Of a stretch of DNA of 64,000 bases, positions 29,223 to 35,726 are shown one piece after another. Made by a program: the position numbers and the translations under genes. The notes beneath the pieces are model-generated. The model ran no database searches. It had not been told where the DNA came from and saw nothing but the letters and a program-made list of their open reading frames with translations. Position 1 is the first letter of the stretch; each line of letters begins with the position of its first letter. Source of the DNA: a virus (lineage: Duplodnaviria; Caudoviricetes); the IMG/VR virus record IMGVR_UViG_3300018429_000003, positions 2,074 through 66,073 of that record, one strand, 5' to 3'.

Positions 29223-29584
29223 TAGTTGCTTATCGCCTCCTGAAATTCAGACTCCGTCAGCGGGCGGAAGAGTTTCAATGGGCCTCCGTACTTTTCGGGG
29301 TTCATCGTTACGTGCTGCGCAACCATGTCCTCTTGTGCAACGTCCACTCCTTCGTTTGTCGCTTCTTCGCAAAGAACTGCGTAGCAAGCACGGATAACCC
29401 GCGGGTTCCAAATAGGAACAACCGATAGCAGTTCCAATAGATGATCTTTGATTCCAGCGGCTACGCCTTCCGGCGTGTCGTCGTTCTCGATGAGGCTGGC
29501 ATACTGAGCGGCCAACTTCTCAAAACGTTTGCGGTTTCTGGTGGCGGTGGAATGTGAGCGGGTGCTATTCTTTGAACGTGACAT
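29222..29584 (-). CDS. Hypothetical protein, first gene of the moron's leftward operon
   Basis: AGGAG SD; 120 aa. Confidence 0.65.
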   Translation of the reverse strand: MSRSKNSTRSHSTATRNRKRFEKLAAQYASLIENDDTPEGVAAGIKDHLLELLSVVPIWNPRVIRACYAVLCEEATNEGVDVAQEDMVAQHVTMNPEKYGGPLKLFRPLTESEFQEAISN

Positions 29585-29669
29585 TGACTCTTCTCCTAAT
29601 CCGGGTTGGTTGATGTCGCCTGGCTCAGCAGTGTTTCAGCACTGGCTGGGCCGTTTTGTTGACAGAGAC

Positions 29670-29730
29670 AGTCTAAGCCTAAAGCTTAGAACTTGTCAAG
29701 CTTGAATTTAAGCGTGAGGCTTAGTATAGT
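29670..29730. promoter_or_regulatory. Divergent sigma70 promoters with two TAAGC-N5-GCTTA operators
   Basis: Plus strand TTGAAT-N17-TATAGT; minus strand TTGACA-N18-TAGACT; palindromes at 29672-29690 and 29709-29723 lie in the spacers. Confidence 0.75.
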
Positions 29731-29738
29731 GTTTCTCA

Positions 29739-29933
29739 ATGGAAGGTTCGGAATTAAAGAGACGCCGTGAAGCGATGGGATACTCCCAGGGAGAGATGGC
29801 CCGGCTGATGGGTGTGCACTCAATGACGCTGTCAAAATGGGAGCGTGACGTTCTCCCGGTCCCGCTCTACATCGAACTTGCCCTTAAGACTCTCGAACGT
29901 GAAAAGCTTGCCAAGCCACGCTCTAAGAAATAG
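29739..29933 (+). CDS. XRE-family HTH regulator (leaderless)
   Basis: LKRRREAMGYSQGEMARLMGVHSMTLSKWE; ATG 8 nt after the -10 box. Confidence 0.9.
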   Translation: MEGSELKRRREAMGYSQGEMARLMGVHSMTLSKWERDVLPVPLYIELALKTLEREKLAKPRSKK

Positions 29934-29944
29934 AATTTTGGGAC

Positions 29945-30778
29945 ATGAAAACCCTCCCAGCGCTCTTCCTCCTCTCCTTTCTGTTTTGCTTCTCTTCTGT
30001 TTTCAGCCAGCAAGGCAAGGTGGTCGAACAGACGAAGGAGCAAGCCAAGTTACAACGACAGGCTGTAAAGGATGCTGAAAAGCGGCGAAAGCGCGAAGAA
30101 AAGGAACGACTAAAATATCCTGCATCAGTCCAGATCTCCGGCGCGGCTGATCAAATCGGCGCACTAATCGTACAGCATATGAACAGCCTGAATTACCAGA
30201 TTGTTGAGGAAGGTAAATACCGAATAGTTTTCAGCCAAGAAGTTGCCGGTTTTCGGGGTGCTTTGTATGGAGGGCTCGTGGGAGCGCAAGGACCGCCATT
30301 GCGGATCTTGGCGTTTACGATTACACAGCTTGGGGATACCAGCACAGTATCGGTGGACATCTCCCTACGGATAAGGAAGGCTTTTGGCAGAGTTGACCGC
30401 GTAGATTTGAACAAAAACAGGGAATGGCGCTCCGACGTGGACAGTTTTCTTGGGACGCTCAAGTATCGCACCGAGCTACGCGCGGATACTGGCAGACCAG
30501 AGGTTAAGATCGAACGTCCTCCGGCTGTAGTTGATGAAAAGTTCCACGGCGTCACGCTGCGAGGCTTTGAACAATTGAAAGACGGAATGGACTACGCGAC
30601 CGTTGTACGCGTTCTGGGATCTGATGGTGTCGCGATTGAGAATCCCGTCAAAACGTCAGTGGCCGATTCAGTAACAACGTATCAGTGGAAAGTGCCCAGA
30701 GGCTCTGGCTTTGCAATCGTTATTGTTATGTTTAAGAACGACCGACTCTTGCACAAACTCCAGTCCGGCCTCGACTAA
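29945..30778 (+). CDS. Exported protein with a C-terminal BLIP/DUF3862-like domain
   Basis: Signal peptide; FEQLKDGMDYATVVRVLG..G......YQW...VMFKNDRL..K.QSGL. Confidence 0.7.
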   Translation: MKTLPALFLLSFLFCFSSVFSQQGKVVEQTKEQAKLQRQAVKDAEKRRKREEKERLKYPASVQISGAADQIGALIVQHMNSLNYQIVEEGKYRIVFSQEVAGFRGALYGGLVGAQGPPLRILAFTITQLGDTSTVSVDISLRIRKAFGRVDRVDLNKNREWRSDVDSFLGTLKYRTELRADTGRPEVKIERPPAVVDEKFHGVTLRGFEQLKDGMDYATVVRVLGSDGVAIENPVKTSVADSVTTYQWKVPRGSGFAIVIVMFKNDRLLHKLQSGLD

Positions 30779-30791
30779 GACGAACCTCCCC

Positions 30792-30821
30792 AAAACATAA
30801 ATTCCGCTTCCCTCTTAGAAT
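30792..30821 (+). promoter_or_regulatory. Late-type promoter, copy 7
   Basis: AAAACATAAA-N14-TAGAAT upstream of the tape measure gene. Confidence 0.7.
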
Positions 30822-30868
30822 CCGCCTGTGGCCCGCACATTTAGCGTTGACCCCAGGAGCGGATTCTT

Positions 30869-33571
30869 GTCATCGAAGTCGAACGCCTAGAGGCTCTGTT
30901 CACCGCAAATACTGCGTCAGCAGAGCGTAACTTTGCCTCTCTTGATCAAAAGGTCTCAGCACTCGACCGCAAACTCCAAGGCTTCCAGGGCGTAGATCAT
31001 CTCGCCAGTAAACTAAACAAGGGCAGCAAGGCCGCTGGCGTCATGGCTGGAGCCGTGGGAGGCTTAGTCGTCATGCTTGGCCAGCGTTTGGTTGACGCAC
31101 TCACTTCCGGCGCCAGCGCGTGGCTCAATTACAGCTCCAAACTCGAATCAACAAAAATAGCCTTTACCACCATGCTGGGTAGCGTTGACCTGGCCACTGA
31201 ACACCTCGCGGAACTTCAAACATTCGCCCTAAAGACTCCCTTCGAATTTGAGGGCCTGATCGATGCCTCCCAGACGATGCAGGCACTTGGCTTCAACGCC
31301 TCTCAGGTTATCCCGATCTTAGAAGACGTTGGCAACGCGGTTGCTGGAGCCGGTGGCGGTAAAGAAAGGCTCGACCGCGTAGTCCTGGCGTTAGCTCAGA
31401 TCCAATCAAAAGGAAAAGTTGCCACCCAGGAAATTAACCAATTAGCAGAGTCTGGAATCAGCGGCTGGAAGATTCTCGAAGCGCAGTTGGGTAAGAGCCG
31501 CGCTGAGCTAACGAAGATGGTCGAATCTGGCCAGATATCTTCAGCCGTTTTCCTCGAAGCGTTTCAGAAGTTCTCTAAGCAAAACTTTGGCGGCTTGATG
31601 GAGGCCCAGTCAAAGACCTTCGCGGGCGCCATGAGCAACATCAAAGACGCGCTGCTCCAGACTTCGGCAACCGCCTTCGCACCGCTCTATCAAAAGCTCA
31701 GCGAAACTGCCCTGGCTTTAGGTGACATGGCGAATAACTCCAAGAAGTTCAAAGACGACATGGAGAGTCTTGGAAAGGTGATGGTCACCGTCTGGGAGGG
31801 AGCGGGAACCCTTATCTACGCGGCCAGGGATGCGGTAGGCATCGTCTCCGCGCTGGCTACCCAGCAGTTCGCGATTATGACGCACGGTGCGATGGCGTTC
31901 GCCCGTGGCCTTCAATCGGTGCTGTACAACATGGAGGCTTTTGCGAGGCTTGCAGTTGGCGATTTCTACGGGGCTGCCATAGCGATGATAAAGAGCAATC
32001 AGCAGGCGGCGCTTGCTGTGGGCGAGATGAAGGAAGCAGTTGAGGCCAGCGGCATCGCCATCCGCGCGGCAGGTCAAATGTGGACCGATCTTAGCGATCG
32101 TGCGACTCGGGCCGCGATGAAAACGGTCGAAGCTGGGGTAATGATTAACGCCGCCGCAGCAAACCTGCTGGGCGCTAACGTTGGACAGAGCGCTTTGGGT
32201 GCGGGAATCTTCCGACAGAAAGCCGCTCCCACCAGTCTGGGTACATCAACGTCGAAAGGCACTGACCCGGCTGTTGCTCAGCAACGAATGGAAGAGCTGA
32301 GGCTCAAGGCTACGCTCGCAAGACTTGACGAGGAAGATCGAGCGAGAGAACGAAGCCTTGAGAAAAGAAAAAAGCAGTTCGAAGTGTTCATGTTCGAACT
32401 CGGAGTTAGCGAGGAAAGCCGCCACCTAATAATAAAGAACAGCCTGGAGAGCGAAAAGAAGGCTGCGGAAGCTTTGCGCGATCCTCAGCAACGCAATATT
32501 CAACTGCTCGAAATCGCAAATAAAATCACTGAGGAGAATAATCGACACCAGAAGGCTAACGAGGATATGGCCGACAGGCGCGCTAAGGTTCTCGACGAGA
32601 CCAACGACTTCATCAAGGATCAAAACGAGGCGATGGCCGAGAGCGTTGTGCGCACCGACCGATGGACCGCCGCAGTCAATGCCCATATTAAATCGCTGGC
32701 TAAGCAGGGGGTTGCCCTCCGGTATGAGCAGGAACTGATGTTGCGCATGAGCGCGCTCGATAAGGTCGTCGCAGAGAACAGGGAGCGGGCCATTGAGGCG
32801 ATGGCGGACCCGTCTAATATGCGCATCCCCTCCGGTCTGGATCAAATATTTGGAGATATCGAGGCGCAGCGCGACGCGTTGGCCGATGCCATCAACCAAG
32901 GAATGGGCGGCGAGCTTCCACCTGTGATGATGGACCTGTCTTCTTTCTACGATCAGATGCGCCAACTTGGGCGCGACCTCACTAACACAATTGACGATTC
33001 CATCCGCACGGGCTTTGAGCGAGGCATTGGCGCGGGCGTGCTGACCTTCTTTCAGGGAATACTGGAGATGATCAACAGTGCCGCTCTGAATGCGCTGGAA
33101 AAGCGCCTTGCAGACGTTTTCTCGGGCTTAGGCGGGGGTAGCGCGGGCGGCGGTGGTAGTTGGTGGCAAAAGCTGCTGGGAATAGTGGTAGGGGGGATTG
33201 CTGGAGGCGTTGGCGGCAGTCTAACCGGAGGCGGCACGCCGGGCGGTACCGACATTGGCCGCTCCGTCAACCTTCCAGGCTTCTCAGGGTTCGGCCGGCG
33301 GGCCAAAGGTGGAGATGTAAGCGCTTGGAAGCCTTACATGGTCGGTGAAAAAGGCCCGGAGATGGTTATCCCAAACCGCAACTCTTACGTCGTTCCCAAC
33401 AATCAACTGGCTGCGATGAATGGAGGCGAGGCAAAGAATTACCACTTGCATTTAACGCAGTTAATTCAAGCACCAAGCGGCCGAGTTGCGCCCGAAAGCG
33501 CGGAACAAGCCGCCGCGAAAGCGATGAGCGCGATGGCGAGTTTTAGCGCGAAACGAGGAGGGAACTTCTGA
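30869..33571 (+). CDS. Tape measure protein (true start unresolved)
   Basis: Tape-measure domain FALKTPFE...LAQIQSKGKV..EINQLAE; RAKGG.V....YMVGEKGPE; the frame extends upstream of ATG 31043 as VIEVERLEALFTANT. Confidence 0.9.
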   Translation, partial: VIEVERLEALFTANTASAERNFASLDQKVSALDRKLQGFQGVDHLASKLNKGSKAAGVMAGAVGGLVVMLGQRLVDALTSGASAWLNYSSKLESTKIAFTTMLGSVDLATEHLAELQTFALKTPFEFEGLIDASQTMQALGFNASQVIPILEDVGNAVAGAGGGKERLDRVVLALAQIQSKGKVATQEINQLAESGISGWKILEAQLGKSRAELTKMVESGQISSAVFLEAFQKFSKQNFGGLMEAQSKTFAGAMSNIKDALLQTSATAFAPLYQKLSETALALGDMANNSKKFKDDMESLGKVMVTVWEGAGTLIYAARDAVGIVSALATQQFAIMTHGAMAFARGLQSVLYNMEAFARLAVGDFYGAAIAMIKSNQQAALAVGEMKEAVEASGIAIRAAGQMWTDLSDRATRAAMKTVEAGVMINAAAANLLGANVGQSALGAGIFRQKAAPTSLGTSTSKGTDPAVAQQRMEELRLKATLARLDEEDRARERSLEKRKKQFEVFMFELGVSEESRHLIIKNSLESEKKAAEALRDPQQRNIQLLEIANKITEENNRHQKANEDMADRRAKVLDETNDFIKDQNEAMAESVVRTDRWTAAVNAHIKSLAKQGVALRYEQELMLRMSALDKVVAENRERAIEAMADPSNMRIPSGLDQIFGDIEAQRDALADAINQGMGGELPPVMMDLSSFYDQMRQLGRDLTNTIDDSIRTGFERGIGAGVLTFFQGILEMINSAALNALEKRLADVFSGLGGGSAGGGGSWWQKLLGIVVGGIAGGVGGSLTGGGTPGGTDIGRSVNLPGFSGFGRRAKGGDVSAWKPYMVGEKGPEMVIPNRNSYVVPNNQLAAMNGGEAKNYHLHLTQLIQAPSGRVAPESAEQAAAKAMSAMASFSAKRGGNF

Positions 33572-33576
33572 TGCGT

Positions 33577-33608
33577 AGAAATGAAAACGGCCAACCGAAG
33601 TTGACCGT
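33577..33608 (-). terminator. Intrinsic terminator of the repeat RNA
   Basis: ACGGTCAAC-TTCG-GTTGGCCGT followed by TTTCATTTCT on the minus strand. Confidence 0.8.
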
Positions 33609-33609
33609 C

Positions 33610-33704
33610 TTTCCGTACCATGCCTTGCCTGGTCTCGCCGCGCCGAGCCTCGCCGGGCCGCTCCACATCTTGCCTTGACGCGCCAGGCCTAGCCTAGCCG
33701 TGCC
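33610..33704 (-). repeat. 19 x 5-nt array with constant GGY and variable NN
   Basis: GGCAC GGCTA GGCTA GGCCT GGCGC GTCAA GGCAA GATGT GGAGC GGCCC GGCGA GGCTC GGCGC GGCGA GACCA GGCAA GGCAT GGTAC GGAAA. Confidence 0.95.
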
Positions 33705-33710
33705 GGGCGC

Positions 33711-33740
33711 AGTGTACGCGAAGAATGGAGGATTTGACAA
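33711..33740 (-). promoter_or_regulatory. sigma70-type promoter for the repeat RNA
   Basis: TTGTCA-N18-TACACT; predicted +1 falls on the first G of the array (33704). Confidence 0.7.
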
Positions 33741-34388
33741 GTGGCTTGGATAAATTTTGACGAAGTTTTGCTCGATCCGTTTTATACGAACCTCGCGCGC
33801 GGCGGCCCGGAATATGCGACCGCGACTATCGACACCATAGCAGGCGTCGAGCAAACACGATCGAGTCGTTACGATTATATTAGTCGGTATCAAATTGACT
33901 TCGCAGAGCTATCGAACCAGAGACGTAAGGACATCCGCACCTTCCACATTTTGCGCTTTGGCATGCTCTACGGGTTCCGCTTTCTCGCACCAGATGACTC
34001 GACAGACGATGGCAAGGGCGTGTTGCTGGATGCTTCCGGCGTTCAGGTGAGTTCGGTGGTGAACGGTTCGACCTATTATTTGGCCAAGCGGTATGTCGAT
34101 GTTCGAACTTATTACCGTCGCATCGTGAAGCCAATCGGGGGAGCGTGGGGGACAGCGCCTCAGTTGCTACTCGCTGGTTCGCCGGCTGCTTCAACCACAA
34201 ACACAACGAACGGGCAGATAGTTGCCGGTGCAAACGGGAACACTCCTACATGGACCGGAACATTCCATCTGCCTGCAAGATTTTTGACTGATTTTTCCGA
34301 CATGGCCACCGATGAAACCACGATATCGGAGTGGACCGGGATCGGGCTCAGAGAATTGTTGCCCATTGCTTTAGGAATTTCGGCTTAA
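33741..34388 (+). CDS. Distal tail protein (DUF2460/GTA-like)
   Basis: FDEVLL......GGPEYAT...YGFRF...YLAKRY...RRIVKP...FHLPARF..D; GGAGG SD. Confidence 0.85.
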   Translation: MAWINFDEVLLDPFYTNLARGGPEYATATIDTIAGVEQTRSSRYDYISRYQIDFAELSNQRRKDIRTFHILRFGMLYGFRFLAPDDSTDDGKGVLLDASGVQVSSVVNGSTYYLAKRYVDVRTYYRRIVKPIGGAWGTAPQLLLAGSPAASTTNTTNGQIVAGANGNTPTWTGTFHLPARFLTDFSDMATDETTISEWTGIGLRELLPIALGISA

Positions 34389-34393
34389 ACATC

Positions 34394-35251
34394 ATGCCTA
34401 TTTCAGTTGGGATGAAAGAGTATATCCGTGGAAGCGCCTTTGTAAGCACCTTCATCAAAGTCACCGCCAAGGACGGCACCGTAATCGCGATTAGTAACCA
34501 CACTCGCAATCTGGTTATTGATGGAACGAATTACCTTGCCTGGCCGTTGCAGCCAACTCAATTCAATCAGACCGCGGGACTGAACGCCGACAACGCCGAA
34601 CTCGATACGGTGATGGCGGATCCATTCTCGGACATCAAACTGCGGGGTAAGAAATGGTCAGGCGCACGCGTGCTCTATCAACTGTTCAATCCTGCGGACA
34701 TCACCTTAGGCCCGCTGTTCAGCAAGTCTGGATTCATCGGTGACCTCACAATCCGCAAGTTTAGTGTGACTTCACAGTTCCGCTCGATGTCGCAGCTGCT
34801 AAATCAGCCAATCGGCGAAATGGTCATGGAGGATTGCATTGTTATTGAACTTGGCGATGCTGACTGTGGCGTCAATCTGGCTGGTAATACGGTGACCGGA
34901 TGGCCCATCTCAGTTAACACCTCGATTAGCTCCTTTGCCAATCAGCAACAGTTTACGGTTGGGTTGGGTTCACCACGGCCCGATGACTTTTTCAAGATGG
35001 GCAAGGTGCTGTGGACCTCAGGCGGTAACGATGATCTCGAGATGCACATTTTGAAAAGCGTCGGTAATCAGATCACTTTATTCGGTCCCGCATTTTTCAA
35101 CATGCAGGTTGGCGACACGTTGACGCTGATTGCCGGTTGCAACCGCACGCGCGCTCAGTGTCGCGATACTTTTGCGAACGTGCGCCGGTTCAAGGGCTAC
35201 CCAGACTTACCTGGAAGATCGAGGCTTCTTCGTTTTCCTGAGGGCGCGTAA
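34394..35251 (+). CDS. Baseplate hub protein (DUF2163/BR0599-like)
   Basis: C...LGDADCGVNL...LWTSGGN...AGCNRT..QCRDTFAN...FKGYPDLPG. Confidence 0.85.
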   Translation: MPISVGMKEYIRGSAFVSTFIKVTAKDGTVIAISNHTRNLVIDGTNYLAWPLQPTQFNQTAGLNADNAELDTVMADPFSDIKLRGKKWSGARVLYQLFNPADITLGPLFSKSGFIGDLTIRKFSVTSQFRSMSQLLNQPIGEMVMEDCIVIELGDADCGVNLAGNTVTGWPISVNTSISSFANQQQFTVGLGSPRPDDFFKMGKVLWTSGGNDDLEMHILKSVGNQITLFGPAFFNMQVGDTLTLIAGCNRTRAQCRDTFANVRRFKGYPDLPGRSRLLRFPEGA

Positions 35252-35258
35252 TAGAAAT

Positions 35259-35726
35259 ATGACCACCAGACTCGAAATCGTTGCGGCTGCGGAATCGCTA
35301 CTCGGCGCGCGCTATGCCCATCAGGGCCGGTCAATGGAGATTGGTTTTGATTGCGCAGGTACGTTGATCGAGGTGGGCCATAAAACAGCGGTCACAGCTT
35401 TTGAGTTTCTTGGCTACTCATCTGAGCCTGACGGGGAAACATTCGAGCGATTGCTTGACGAGAACCTCGAACGGTTGCCGGAAATCTATGACGCGCGACT
35501 TGCCGACGTGCTGGCTTTTGATTTTGGCAAAGGGATCCAGCATTGCGCCATTGTTGTCTCAGTTATCGAGCACCGATTCGACTGGCGCCGGTTTACCGTC
35601 GTGCATGCGTTACGGCCGCGCGCGAGTAACAGACCGGATGGCTATGGAGTTGTGAGAGGCCCGCTGATGCCAGTGTATTCCAAGGCTCTCAAAGTCGCTT
35701 ACCAAATCCCTGGGATTATTGATTGA
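35259..35726 (+). CDS. NlpC/P60 tail peptidase
   Basis: IVAAAESLLGARYAHQGR...GFDCAG...QHCAI...VVHA. Confidence 0.85.
   Translation: MTTRLEIVAAAESLLGARYAHQGRSMEIGFDCAGTLIEVGHKTAVTAFEFLGYSSEPDGETFERLLDENLERLPEIYDARLADVLAFDFGKGIQHCAIVVSVIEHRFDWRRFTVVHALRPRASNRPDGYGVVRGPLMPVYSKALKVAYQIPGIID

Larger units (their letters stand above)
33577..33704 (-). ncRNA. Predicted ~128-nt GGY-NN pentamer-repeat small RNA
   Basis: Promoter, 19 in-register pentamers and terminator together fill the intergenic gap. Confidence 0.7.

Noticed and set aside
33610-33704. CRISPR array, or a peptide (ORFs 33466..33666 and 33543..33893)
   Set aside because: The repeat unit is 5 nt with no long repeats or spacers. The ARRGE-type translations are by-products of the pentamers and run through the terminator.
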